This document shows, in pieces, positions 42,559 to 56,559 of a DNA stretch of 64,000 bases. Source of the stretch: Octopus vulgaris (lineage: Eukaryota); NCBI GenBank assembly GCA_951406725.2, contig OX597826.1, positions 65,658,001 through 65,722,000 on the forward strand, written 5' to 3'. Within the stretch, counting starts at the first letter, position 1. Each line of letters starts with the position of its first letter. The translations under genes and the position numbers were made by a program. A model generated the notes under the pieces. The model saw nothing but the letters and a program-made list of their open reading frames with translations, was not told the DNA's origin and ran no database searches.

Positions 42559-43172
42559 TACGCATGTATACCAGTATAGGCATGTACGCATGTATACCAG
42601 TGTGCGTGCACACATGCATATGCATGCGCGAGTGTATAGCGCAAAACAAGCGTTGGGGATTAGTATATGTATGGGTGTGTGGTATCAGGTTGTCTGTATG
42701 TGTAAACGTGTGCGCATATATATACCCACCTCTTTATTTAAAATTCGATTCAGTGAGATACTAAATAATATTGATATACAGTTTTCCTTTCTCGACGAGT
42801 CAATGGGTCACGCCAATAGATTGGGGACGGCGTTGTAAGGTGTTGTTCAAGGCTTATTGGGTCTAAAATTTGAGCATTTGTGTGGCTGATCTTCTTTATA
42901 ATAGAACTGCGGGTAGCACTCCTGTAGAAGCTGGTATTAACGGAGCCTTTCTCTGTCATCATGAATTGGGAATTGAGGAAGAGAGAAAGAAAGAGAGTGA
43001 GGGGGAGGGGAGAAAGAGAGCTGGTGTCTTGTAGATGGACCAATTCAAAATGCATTTATCGTCGATTTGTGTATGTGTGTGTATGAGAGTGTATGTGTTT
43101 GTGTATGGGAACGTGGGTGTGAGTATATGTATATAAACCCATATATCTAATATATAGAATATACATACAAAA

Positions 43173-43229
<57 letters not shown>

Positions 43230-43445
43230 TACATATATATACATATACATATATATACATATATATATATATGCATGTACGCACACACAATAGATGTAGT
43301 GTTTATGTGTGTGTATGTATATACATATATATATATATAGATAGATGTATGCATATATACATATATATATATGTATGTATGCATTCATACATACATACAT
43401 ACATACATACATACATACATACATACATAAATACATACATACATA

Positions 43446-44175
43446 CAGATGGGGCAGAGAGCACGGACGTTTTTGAAAAATTCACAAAATCATCATTAAT
43501 TTTAGCTGCAAACAAACTTTATTGACATCAATATATTTGTATTGAATTAGCATTTGTCAAAATTAAGTATAGAAAACAATACCCATTATGTGGTGTCTCT
43601 TTTCAGTGATGTATTTCTGAAAGCGTTCTTGGAAGAATGGTCCCCACTCTCTCCAGCATTGCTTTGTGCATAGTCCTATGCTTTCAATTGTTGCCCAATA
43701 ACCAATTTGTACGGATGGAAATGCAGGTCTTCATGCAAAACGCACCTTAGTGATCGATTACCGATGTTATGTTCAGTAGAGTGCCTCCGAGCAGAGCGAT
43801 TCGGACTTCTTATCAAAGCTTGTCTGACGCATTCCACATTTTCCGCGGTCCGTGCCGTTTGTGGCGCCCCCACTGGTTTTATATTCATTAGCGTACCTCG
43901 TGTAAGAAGTGCATTCACCCAACGTAAGATTGTGTTACGAGTGAGAATAGCCTAATTTCGGTGAATGTTGAAGTGACAGACTCGTTATTCTTCGTGTAAC
44001 TATCGTAGACAAACACGTGATGCTCTATCGTCCACAACGTCATGGTTTCATTTGAAAATAAAAATAGAAATGTTAAGACACCATGGACCGAATAGTATCT
44101 GTCGGACATATGTTCCTCCCCTTGGGGCTGAGAGATAGCCATTTGAAAAACGTCCGTCCTCTCTGCCCCACCCTG
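43446..44175 (-). mobile_element. Internally deleted Tc1/mariner transposon
   Basis: TIRs CAGATGGGGCAGAGAGCACGGACGTTTTT / AAAAACGTCCGTCCTCTCTGCCCCACCCTG with TA flanks; transposase remnant RTAENVECVRQALIRSP.RSARRHS..LHEDLHFHPYK. Confidence 0.9.
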
Positions 44176-45022
44176 TATTAGCCATTTATCAAAAAATAAG
44201 TGCATACTCAAAACTCTGGGCCTTTGAGTAACTTTGTAACTTCTGCCGACTAAAAATAAAATACTATATACTCGTGTTTTAATTCTATGTATCCTGTTTG
44301 TACGGTGAAACCTATATTATATGTCTCTCCTGGCAATATTCCAGCCCCACCTCCACTCACACGCAGCCCGTACTGATAGGGGACTCATTATTTAAGATCT
44401 TTATTTAGATCAAGATTGTCTGGTTCACAAGGGAGGGTGTATTCAGGGTATTTATGAAGGTAAAGGCGGTGGAGATGTTTCGGAGTTAGGAAGTGTGAAG
44501 GGACGAAGAAGGAGAGGGAGAGGTAGAAACTGTGTGTTATCTTTCATGATGATGATGATGATGATCGGGATAGTGATGCTGGTGATGATGGTGGTCGCAT
44601 GGTAATGGTAGTGGTGGTGGTGGTGGTTTGTTGATCGGTTGTGATAGTCATAGCGACAGTGGTGGTGATGGTGATGGTGATGATGACGATGGTGGTGGTG
44701 GTGGTGGTGGTGGTGTTGGCAGATGTGTGGTTTATCGTGGCGTTGGTGGTAGAGAAGTAGTGCTGCTGCTGCTGATGGTGACGATGGTGAAGCTTGTAGT
44801 AGGGTTGATGAAAATGACGGAAGATAATGTAGCAGTGATGACGCTGGCGGTTGTGATGATGATGGTGGTGATAATGATAATAGTGATGATATTAGTAGTC
44901 GTAGTAGTGCTGGTATTGGTGGTGGCAGTGATATTGAGGATAACTGTGATCATGATCTTCATGATGATGATGACGACGACGACGATGACAGTGATGATGA
45001 TGAAGATGATGATGATGATGAC

Positions 45023-45082
<60 letters not shown>

Positions 45083-45376
45083 AGGTATATTGTTATTAGT
45101 CGTCGAAGTGGATAGTGATGATGATAATTTTGATAATGATAATTATAATGATGGACATGCTGACAATGATGATAGTAATTAAGATGGCGACGTTGATAGA
45201 AATCTTGGTTTATAACTACTTATGAAAAATCCATTGTGCAGCAGGCATGCTAACGTTGGTATACTAAATGATAAAGTGAAAAGCAATGATATACTGAAAA
45301 ACGAAACTGAGGTCTCTTGTGCAAACATTATTTTTTGTAATTAACTCTAAGGTATTTTTTCTCTGGAATAGATAAA

Positions 45377-45420
45377 GATTTCTGATGAGCTAGTAAAAAC
45401 GGGTGAAACTAGTCGAGATG
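45377..45420 (+). ncRNA. Minimal hammerhead motif with GUC cleavage triplet
   Basis: CUGAUGA-GCUAG uaaaaa CGGGU-GAAA-CUAG-UC^GAGA; palindromic ACUAGU stem III; stems I and II imperfect. Confidence 0.6.
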
Positions 45421-45549
45421 TTCTTCAGAACGTTCTACAGAGACAGCTTTGTGGCTCAGCTACAGGGATTAGACTATTTTCTTTAGTCATTGCGCGGTGA
45501 TCGCTTATAAGCTTTAAGCTTATAAAATACTATCATTATTATTTACGGA

Positions 45550-45587
<38 letters not shown>

Positions 45588-45727
45588 TAGCCTCAAAGTG
45601 TTGCACTGTAGACGGTTTATGTAACAGGTGCATTTCCTATTACATGAAACTGAAATGTGCATATTAAATTATTCCAAAATATTGCTATTTAGCTTAATTT
45701 CATTATTACAACTGATATATACACATT

Positions 45728-45786
<59 letters not shown>

Positions 45787-45789
45787 ACA

Positions 45790-46900
45790 CATACCAAATT
45801 TTAGAGATATGCCACATCCACATTTGAATGGCCAAGTAGTTGTTTTATGACCTAAACGCAATACTGTAAAAGTGTTGTTAGGCACTTCCTTGGATGGAAG
45901 CCGTTAGTCTATGTTTCAGTTAGCAAGTTGTTTTCCTTTAAGAACGTGATCAGTCCCCACTCCCTAATAACTCTTTTCCTGGCTTTGTTGGTATGAGAAA
46001 TTAACGAGCTGCAAGTTTTAGCATCTCGCCTGATACCTGTTTTATGGATAGAACATATTACATTCTTTTAACATTTTAGTGGATTTAACACTTGCAAGAA
46101 TGCTTTGGAAATATATTTGAAGTGGTTTTGTTAAAGCTTCTTCACAAGTTTTCCACTGAATTGTTGGGAATCCAGTGGAGTTTGTTGTTGAGTTTAGGCA
46201 TTTGGCTCATTTTATCTATGATTGACAAATCGTCCTAATTTATATGAGGATTATATCAATATAAACGATTGTTGCCACTTACCAATGGGAAGCTGTAGTG
46301 TTTAAGAATTTGTCTGTCGTATTTATTTTGATATGTCACATTGGAAAGGAAAAAATTCTTTTGAATTGTTCATTTAGTATTTCGCTTTTCCTTTTTGGAG
46401 TCTGCTGTTAGTACGCTATTTTCTTGGAACATTGGTGCCATCTTGTAATGCATTGAAACTAATTCATTTACAAAAGTATACAAAACTTCAGTGATGACTT
46501 TTATGCTTCCTAAAACCCGCGATTTCCCTTTTCTAGGCTCCTTTTCATGGGTATGTTTAATTTTGTTATCGATTTCTTGGAGTGTTCGTTTTATGTTAAC
46601 TTTATACATATAGCTTGCATTATCGATATAAACTGCAGAAATTTTGTCATTGTTTTGCATAAGGAGGTTTTTAGACCAGTTCTGTTTTAGGATCTCATTT
46701 TTGAGTCGATTTCGAGTTAACTTTGTGGAAGTTCAGGCTGGTTACATTTCGAGTGCTTCTTGTTGGAAGCATGTCTACAGTTTTCATCTGATCCTTCTTT
46801 GAAAGTTCCAATGAGTTGATGTCTGTGAAAATCCTTGGTGTCGCTTTTACATAACGGATGAGTTCGTATTATTTGTGAATCTAAAGTGTTGTTTTCTCCA
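45790..46900 (-). mobile_element. Very degraded non-LTR retrotransposon relic (probably R4-like)
   Basis: Non-repetitive Lys/Arg-rich minus-strand fragments with faint RT-like remnants; many stops. Confidence 0.35.
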
Positions 46901-47847
46901 GTTGGTTAGAGTGCATTTCTTTTGCAACATATGTACAAAGACTGAAACTTTAAGGAAAGAGACTAGTCGATTTCATGGATCCCAGTGCTCTACAGGCACT
47001 TATTTTATCGACCCTAAAAGGATGAACAGAAAAAGTTCATCAGTGGATTTTGAATTCCTAATTTAAAGGCAGAAGATATGCCGCTAAGCATGTCGTCCGG
47101 CATGCTAACGATTCTACCAGCACACCACTTTAGTTAATTTCCATTTTCTTCTTATTAGTAGGTGCTTTTCAGATAGAACTAATAGGTGTTTTGGGCACTA
47201 ACGATTGTTTTCTAATACCTTTTTTTTATATATATTTTTAATGCTTTGATTTTTTTTAGTTTTAATTTTCTATATCTCGCCTGAACTAGTTGGTCTGTTT
47301 ATATACATTGCTTTCCTTTTTAATCAAAAATGATACAGAATATACAATTCCGTGTTGTAACTCACGTTAACTCTCATTAAAAGTAAATGCATATATAAAT
47401 AATACATATACAAATATAAATACATAATATATATTTAAAAATGAATGCATATACAAATAAAATAAACAAAAATATAAATATGTATATAAACAAGCGTAAT
47501 ATTTCTTGGCAATAATTATGAATATGAACCAGTTTAAAAGAAAATATATTCACTTAACAACACTGGCTTTGTAGATTTATTAGTTCTACGGTGTCGTCTA
47601 CAGTTTGAAATGATGATAAAATTATGACGTCAATTACAATCTTCAAATTTTTTCTTACATGGTGTTATGATAGTGCTGCTTTCAAAGAGTTACACCTGGA
47701 TACAACCCGCTCCCACACATATTTTCCGATTAAAAAATTCCACGAGGTGAATCGTAGTAAAAAAATACAAAACGAAAATGCACAGAAAATTTATGTTGAA
47801 ATATATATATGTATATGCATGTATGTATATATGCATGTATGTATATA

Positions 47848-47932
<85 letters not shown>

Positions 47933-48000
47933 GTATGTATGTACGTACGTATGTATGTATGTATGTATGTATGTATCTAGACATAGATATATATATTTAC

Positions 48001-48051
<51 letters not shown>

Positions 48052-48569
48052 TGTATGTATAGGTATATATACCATATACATCTCTGCTTTAACCTACAGA
48101 AATTAAAAAACAAATTATCAATCATTTCGCTACCACCTGGGATTGACTGGGAAACATTGCCCAAATATAATCAGTCTGCCCTTATGTAAACACACACACA
48201 CACAAGATATGTATCTGCGGCGGTGCGATTTATTTGTAGTATGTAATGTGATACACTGACAAATATACGCAAATGTATTAGCAATCACTCTGTGGGCAGA
48301 AAATGAGGAATCAGCCTTTTCGATTTCGGCTTTATCTGGAATAACTCTACCTGTTGTCTGCCAGTGGAAAGATTGCATACATAGTCACTACAAATGAGAA
48401 TCCTGCCTAACCAGAAAATCTGATTGTCATAGATAATGCTTTACTGATAACGGGATCAATTCACTAATTATTGATGTGGTTAGTCCACATTTCTCTTTAA
48501 GGAACACAGGGAGGCTTTCCATTTTCTCTGGCGTTTATATTCGTATATATTCCTCTGCCGATGAGACGC

Positions 48570-48733
48570 TTGTCCGTCGCAGGATTACTCCCGTTTGCCA
48601 GCTGAGTGGACAGGAGCAACGTGAAATGAAGTGTTTTGCTCAAGAACACAACGCATCACCCTGTCCAGGAATCGAAACCACAATCTTACAATCACGAGTC
48701 CAACACCCTTAACCACTAAGCCATGTGCTTCCA
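48570..48733 (-). mobile_element. SINE family D (short form)
   Basis: tRNA-like head plus CORE-like block; near match to 53291-53448. Confidence 0.75.
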
Positions 48734-49617
48734 CAATTATTGATGTGCAATTATTGATGTGCTACTCCCTCATTCTAATCTAGATTTTAACATAATTGTC
48801 TTTGTTTGGAGTCAATCGCTTGTTTTATTAAAAGAGTTGTCGCTTTACAGACCGAGAGTGTCCTTGTGAATTAGAGAGAATCTTTTGTTTAAAACGTTTA
48901 TCTTTTTTCAATTCTAATTTGAGTGTTATATGACATTTCAATAGTGTTTGTCTGCTCTCCTTTCAATTTTGTCATTCCGTTATTGATCTGACCATCGCTT
49001 TATGGATATTTGTTGTCCAAGTTACCTGTTTAGGTTTCGATATACCCATATGATTAAATCTGCAGATGTTCACATGTATTATTTCATTTAACCTTGTGGT
49101 ATTGATTTTCGTGTCTGTTTTCATTAAGCAGGTCATACTAGGTTTGCATGTGCTATTGTTATTATATATATATTATTAAATGTTATCCTTGGAAGGTACT
49201 TTCCTTGGTTCACACTAAGATTTTATATTGTTTTAATTCTTAAAATTCTTCTACTATTAGACTGTCATGTTAATAATTTCCACCTTTAAACCTTCCTATT
49301 GTTAAACCTTCCTCGTATTCACTTTTATTTTTATTTGTGTTGTTCTAGTTGTGTTTTTAATTATCCGCTTTTCTTAAAGATTCAAATATTTATATTTCTT
49401 GAGCTCTGTTCTTTGTTTTGCTTCACCCATGTTAGGCTTACGTGGTTTAAGTTAGCAATGTTTTTACATTTGTTTTGTTTTGTGTTTCATTATAGTTTTA
49501 AGTTGTTTTATTTTTGTTATAAATGTTCTATTCTGATTTCTAATATTTTCTAGTTTTTGAGAATATATCCTCTTAAGTTACCTACCAAGCTTATTGCTAT
49601 ACAAAGTTACATTTGCT

Positions 49618-49923
49618 GTTGTTTGTTCTTTCTCGAGCCTTGCCTGGCTCATAAGGGCCGGTTTTCTGGTTTCAATGGCGTATAGGTTTCCCACCTGGAC
49701 GGAACGCCGGCCCGTCACAGGTGAGCTGCTAGATACAGGAGGAAAGAGTGAGAGAAAGTTGTGACGAAAGAGTACAGCAGGGTTCGCCATTATCTTCTGC
49801 CGGAGCTGCGTGGAACTTAGGTTTTTCGCTCATAAACACACACATCTCTCGGTCTGAGATTCAAACCCGCGATCCCTCGACCGCGAGTCCGCTACTCTAA
49901 CCACTAGGCCATGTGCCTCTACA
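49618..49923 (-). mobile_element. SINE family B
   Basis: Reverse-complement match to 15870-16145. Confidence 0.8.
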
Positions 49924-50636
49924 TTTAGGTCCTGGCTATTTTCCCTGCAAATTTTATACGAGTGTATTGTCACAGTTTTGGTTTTAAGTTGAATGCTTTT
50001 AAGTAGATTGGGGTTGTAAATTATGTTTATAGAATAAAAACGTATTCCTCCCGTGTCCATTTATGCATTTTATGTTATATTTGTAAGACTTGAGGTGTAA
50101 AGTATGACCCTTTACTTACATTGCCATGATTTTTGTTGGGAGCTGCTGTATTTGTTGACGATGCCGAGTTATGTCTGTTACATTTTTCGAGTGTTTTAGA
50201 TTCCTGCTTTGGATTTGATTTGAGTCAGGTTTGGTCTTACGCCTGGTAGAATTTATGTGGGTAGCGGGTTACTACCTGTAATTTTAGGTAACTACAAGCT
50301 TTCAATAATCTTTCAAGTGCACAAAACCCTTCTGATAATCTTTCCTGCTTCTAAGAGGCAAACTTTCTGTAGAAACTCTACAGGACATTCCATTCCAATT
50401 TCCTTCAACCATTTGTCTATAGTGATTCTCAACCGGGGTCCATATACGATTTTGGGGGGTCCACGCAACAAAATCGTAAACTGGAGATCCACAATAGTAT
50501 TTTAAGGGTCCCTGAAAAAAAATTTTGCTTTAGATATATGTAGCGGTATGTATTGCAAGAAACAACTAGGTTTCTTTCTCCAATATTTTACATAGTTCAA
50601 CATGTGTGAATAACTTGTTGTTGTTGTTGTTGATAT

Positions 50637-50846
50637 GGAGGCGAGCTGGCAGAGTCGTTAGCACGCCACGCAAAATGCTTAATGGCATTTCGTCCATATA
50701 TATACTTTCAGTTCAAAATCCGTCGACGTCAACTTTGATTTTCGTCCTTCTAAGGTCGATAAAATAAGTACCAGTTGAAGACTGGGGTCAATGTAATCGA
50801 CTTACCTTTTCTCTCGTAATTGCTGACCTTGTGCCAAAATTTGAAA
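50637..50846 (+). mobile_element. SINE family A
   Basis: GGCGAGCTGGCAGAGTCGTTAGC head, core and tail. Confidence 0.8.
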
Positions 50847-50852
50847 TTATTT

Positions 50853-51239
50853 ATTAGTTAGTTAGCTAGTTAATTTTTGGCTCAAAAAGCAAAAAGCAAG
50901 GCCATGTAGGGGGACATGGATTTATGTACAGGGTGGTGTTCATGTAAAGAGTTCAGGCCACTTGAGGTCAAGGGAGACTTTGAACAAAGCGGTTGTCGGC
51001 ATCTTCACCATCTCGTCCGGCAGCTTGTTCCACGGATCCGCAACCCGGACGGAGAAAGCCCCTCTCCTTCGATTGAGATGAAATCGTCGCAGATTATTTT
51101 GGAATGACCCCGCAGCGGACGCTCTGGAGCAGGAGTGAAGAACAGCTCTTTCGAGAGGTTACACTTTCCGCTTATGATGTTATGAGCGAGAATGAGATCA
51201 CCACGGCGGCGGCGTTTTTCTAGAGAATAAAGGTCGAGC

Positions 51240-51240
<1 letters not shown>
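50853..51240 (-). mobile_element. 3' end of a CR1-like LINE
   Basis: Minus-strand LDLYSLEKRRRRGDLILAHNIISG...LRGHS (CR1 ORF2 C-terminal pattern) followed by a (CTAA)n tail. Confidence 0.8.
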
Positions 51241-51299
<59 letters not shown>

Positions 51300-51341
51300 G
51301 TAGTAATAGTAGTAGTAATAGTAATAGTAGTAGTAGTAGCG

Positions 51342-51375
<34 letters not shown>

Positions 51376-51587
51376 AATAAGAATCATGTGATTATTACTC
51401 GTATTGATTATTTTATCAATCCCTGAGCTGTTTGAAGTCAGGACAGTGAGTCCTCCAGAAGTGTTTAACCTCAAGCACTAATTAGACAGTGTTGGTCACT
51501 GGTGGCTGCACTGACAGTCTATGGTTTCAGTTTCTAATTATAAAATGCAATACATACATACATACATACATACATACATACATACAT

Positions 51588-51618
<31 letters not shown>

Positions 51619-51713
51619 CACACACACACACACACACACATACAAACACGCACACACATTTATGTACATACACGAGCACGCGCCCATACCTGAACACATG
51701 CACACACACCCTC

Positions 51714-51869
<156 letters not shown>

Positions 51870-51873
51870 CTCC

Positions 51874-51907
<34 letters not shown>

Positions 51908-52575
51908 CGTATATGCACATATATATACATACGTGCACGGATATATACATGAATAAACATGCACGACCTCTCTGTCTCTCCCTCGCATGAATAAAGACAA
52001 ACACACACACACACACACATACGCATGAACACACACACACACATGCTTACACACGCGCGCGCGCACACACACATACACATGCACATACACATAGACGTAT
52101 ACACACACACACACACACACATGCAAACACTTCACTAAAGGTTAGCTCTAACCCCGAGAGAGGACACACCGATCAAGCAATTATGAGTTAAAAGCTTTTT
52201 ATTACCGTTGTTGGTTGTTTTTTTGTAGTTGTTGTTGATGTAGCGGTGGTAGTGGTGGTGGTAGAAACATTGCTTTTGTTGCTGTTGTTGTTGGTAGTTG
52301 CAGGGCAGTCATTGTTGCTGACCGTTGTCATTGTCATTGCTGCTGTTGCTGTTTTAGTTATTATTTTTAGCCCCAGGTCAGCTTTAATTCAACCCATGCC
52401 ACTCACAGACAGTCGGATGATATTTCTGTTGTTGCTTAGGCCCAGGTTAACTCAGATCGATCAAGCCTTTGGTCGAAGGCGCTCCAAATATGAATATCCC
52501 AATTTTAGTGTTACGTCTCGGGCCACATTATCTAAGATATTCCACATTACTCCATATATATATATATATATATAT

Positions 52576-53072
52576 AGCAATAATAATTCTCTAAAAGAGA
52601 TATAGACAGTAACTGCTCGATAACATAAGGGACTAAAGCCATCTGAATATGGCTAGGGACAGGGCAGGGTGGTGGGGGTGTTACTGTTGCATTTAGCCCC
52701 AGGCGAACATCGACGTCACCAGAAAGGCCCGACACCGTCACGGTGTCCTTAACCTGCAAAGGGAGGTAATTCCCCGATGAAGCGGAAACCACACACGGAC
52801 CATGGTTTCAAGGTGTATTGCCTATCGTCGGCGTGTGGTAGGCTTCCGCTTCCTCGACGAATTCTCACTCTGCAGGATATTCATATATAGATTTTCAAGC
52901 AAAATACATTTGCTGATTTCGAAAATCTGTTCGAAAGCAATAATAATTCTCTAAAAGAGATATAGACAGTAACTGCTCGATAACATAAGGGACTAAAGCC
53001 ATCTGAATATGGCTAGGGACAGGGCAGGGTGGTGGGGGTGTTACTGTTGCATTTAGCCCCAGGCGAACATCG
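52576..53072 (+). repeat. Perfect 137-bp direct repeat (52576-52712 and 52936-53072) separated by a 223-bp unique spacer
   Basis: Identical copies at offset 360; each contains GGGACAGGGCAGGGTGGTGGGGG. Confidence 0.95.
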
Positions 53073-53290
53073 TGCTCAAATTCGATATGTAGATACCGAC
53101 GGTATCAGGGCATGTATAAGTCTTGAAAAACTTACAAAAATCGATTCCAGATGAGAATGCGATCGATAAAGCCGTGGGAACGTGCATTTGTACGCGCTAG
53201 TACATCAGCTGTTGCGATCGATACTACGCGTACGCGAGCAAAGTGCACGTGCACTTCGCTATAGTAGAAGACACTTGCCCAAGGTGCCGC

Positions 53291-53448
53291 CGGTCCGTCG
53301 CAGGATTACTCATTTTTACCAGCTGAGTGGACAGGAGAAACGTGAAGTGAAGTGTTTTGCTCAAAGAACACAACGCATCGCTAGGCCCAGGAATCGAAAC
53401 CACAATCTTACTATCATGAGTCCAACCCCCCCCTAACCACCAAGCCAT
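53291..53448 (-). mobile_element. SINE family D (short form), preceded by a ~30-bp SINE C fragment
   Basis: Matches 48570-48733. Confidence 0.75.
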
Positions 53449-54048
53449 GAACCGTCACACACTATCTAATATGCCTTTCGTTTATTTCAGACGTCAGAGT
53501 AAGATTGAGGGTCGATTTCACTGCTATATCTAGCAGGTGTAGCGACCATGTAGATGGCTCCATCATTGGTTAGTTTTCCTCTGCAATTATCTTACATTGA
53601 GTGAGGATGTTATCATTCTAGATTTTGTTGCTGTGTCATGATCGTTATTGTTGTTGTAGTTGTTGTTTTTGATTTGTTGTAATCGTCATCGTCGTCGTTG
53701 CCGCTTCTGTACGTATTGTTGTTGTTGCTGCTGCTGCTGTCGTTTGCTTCTTTTGTTGTTATGGTAACCATAGCAACTGCTACATTTGTTGTTTTTGTTG
53801 CTTTTACAGTAGAAACACGTGATGATACTTATAGGATTATACAGGGCGCGGTATTGGCTGTGTCGGTAGAATATCAGATAAAATATCCAGCGGTATTTAG
53901 TTACGCCCCTTTATATTTGGAGTTCAAATCACGTCGAATTCAACTTTCTCTTTTCGGGTCGATAATATAAAGTGCCGGACAAATATTGGAGTCGATTTGT
54001 CTGGTCATGCACCATTGTTAGGCGACAGTATATCAAGGAGTTTAGTTA

Positions 54049-54085
<37 letters not shown>

Positions 54086-54764
54086 AGAAAAGAGGAGAGA
54101 TGGGCATGAATAGGGTGAAGGAGGAAAAGACAAGAGACGACTTGTGTTGATCTCAAATTATGTATGTGTGTGAGAGAGAGAGAGAGAGGGGGGAGAGAGG
54201 GAGAGAGAGTGAGTGAGAGAGAGAGAGAGAGTGAGAAAGAGAGAGGGAGAGTAATGAGTGGAAAGAGAAAAGAATGTGAGGAGTGAAAGGAAAATGTGTT
54301 GAAAGAGAAGAAGGTAGAGAACGAGAGGCAGAGAGAGAGAGAGAGAGGGGGCAGAGAGAGAGAAGGAGAAGGAGAGAGAGAGAGAGAGAGATGGAGTTGA
54401 CGAAACTGTATCACAAGATCGAATGTAAAAAATGCAGATATCAGAGAATCAAATGCTAAGCTACGATAGCACATCTGGTGACTAACAAACAAAAATAATG
54501 ATAAAAAATCCCGTTATATTGTTTCTTATCTATGTACAATCTATGATAAGCCGTAATTGTAGCTATGTATAATACATAACATAACACGGTTGTATTTATA
54601 CCTATCTGTATATATTGTTTATCTCAGCTGTTTCGGTGTATAATAAATAAGATAATATAGTCGCGTCTACGTCCGATGTACATCATATCATCACAACTGT
54701 ATTATGAATATATGGAATATCATATATCGTAATTGTATCTGTATAAAATCTATGTATAATATTT

Positions 54765-55002
54765 TTTTTATTTGTATCAGTCAATTGACTGCGGCCGTGC
54801 TGGGGCACCGCCTTTAGTTGAACAAATCGACCTCAGGACTTATTCTTTGTAAGTCTAGTTAGTACTTATTCTATTGGTCCCTTTTGCCGAACCGCTAAGT
54901 TACGGGGACTTAAACACAAGCATCGGTTATCAAGCGATGGTCGGGGACAAACACAGACACACAAACATACACACACACATACATACATACGCACGCACGC
55001 AT

Positions 55003-55059
<57 letters not shown>

Positions 55060-55176
55060 CGACGGTCTTCTTTCAGTTTTCGTCTACCAAAGACACTTGC
55101 CAAGGTGCTACGCAGTGGGACTGAACCCGGAATCATGTGGTTGGTAAGCAAGCTACTTACCACACAGCCACTCCTG
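54765..55176 (-). mobile_element. SINE family C
   Basis: Matches 18340-18827 with an internal deletion. Confidence 0.85.
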
Positions 55177-56559
55177 CATGGTATATCATAATTATATCAA
55201 TGTAGAATATATGGTATATAGATATATAGTTGTATTTATGTACAATATATAGAATATCATAGTCGTGTCAATATAATACGTGGTATGTCATACTTGTATC
55301 TTTATGAAATCTATATACATTAAATAATATATTACACTTGTATCTATGTGCGATATATCTGTATATAGTGTAGGGTATATTACCAAAATATATAGAAGGA
55401 GTCCAGTGAAACTGTTATGGGGAGTGGATAAACTATAGTTTCGGTCAGAGTCCTTCAGGGTAAAGTTTACAGAAAGCAAATAAAAGAAAGACAGCAGTGT
55501 TTGACATTCTCTACGTTTCTAAAACTGGTTGCAGCTGATGAGGAACGCAAGACGACGTGAGATTTATATGTAGACAAGTATTTGCACGAGAGAGGAAATT
55601 GGTGAGAGGAAAGAGAAATGAAATGAGGAGGAAAAGTGAAGGCAAGGATGAGGTGGAGGGATTATTGGGGTGGGTGAGAGGGGATTTAAAGGATAAGAAA
55701 AAGATCACTGCACGAAGAAGAGGTGTATGAGTGGAAGAAAAACTATTAAATTAACCATGTTGATGACATGGTTCTATGCTCGAATATGAAACGTTGTTTC
55801 TTCTGTTTCCTTTACGGATCCATGGTTTGCAGAGATGCTCCACACTGATGAAGGAGTAATGGACTGGTCTGTTTGGTCAAGCATATGAAGTAGTGCGCTA
55901 CAAATATGCTCCTAACAGGTTGGTCAAGCATATGTAGTAGTATGCTGCGAATGTGGTGCCCAGAAGCGATCGTGTAAGAGACGGTCTGTTTCCTCTAATA
56001 TATAAAGTGCTTCAAGATTTTCAGATGGTACATTATATGAGATTGGAATATGTAGAACAGAAGTTCAAAGTAATATGGTACTGTGTATGGTACTTTTAAA
56101 TGCGGTGAACGCATTTAAAAGTATCTGGTTGTATAGAGTTTGGCGATGTACGTTTTATGTAACTTTGATTCTGAAAACAGTGAAACCCTAGGAAAGTGCC
56201 AACCAAACTTAGCTTTTCGTAAAACAACGATCACAAACACGTGACCTTTGCATGACAACATGAAAACTGAAATGCAGTTACAAATTTCTTCGACGTATAA
56301 GCTTGGTGGAACTGGAATAAAACAAGGTATGTAATTGCTCCAATTCCTTTTTCTCAGCTTTGCCGCCGTATTGTAGCTTACTATGGGCAAGCTCCTATCT
56401 GACATAAAAATCTTATACTATACGGATGGTAGCATTTTCTAATGCTGGCAAACTCCATACCAGAACAATGACCACAGTTTTACCGGTAACTAAACTTCAG
56501 TACACAGATAATGCCACAGTCCAACACCAGCATTTACGTGGCTGCATGTTCCTGCAATC

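Noticed and set aside
52775-52860. SECIS element (ATGA...GA in a hairpin)
   Set aside because: The stem above ATGA is far longer than a SECIS helix II, and no selenoprotein exon is evident.
52576-53260. CRISPR array or LTR retrotransposon interpretation
   Set aside because: There are only two repeats, far longer than CRISPR repeats, with no cas genes. There are no TG..CA termini, PBS, PPT or TSD for an LTR element.
55843-55980. CTGATGA hammerhead candidate
   Set aside because: There is no matching GAAA box or convincing stems; at best it is a very decayed relic.
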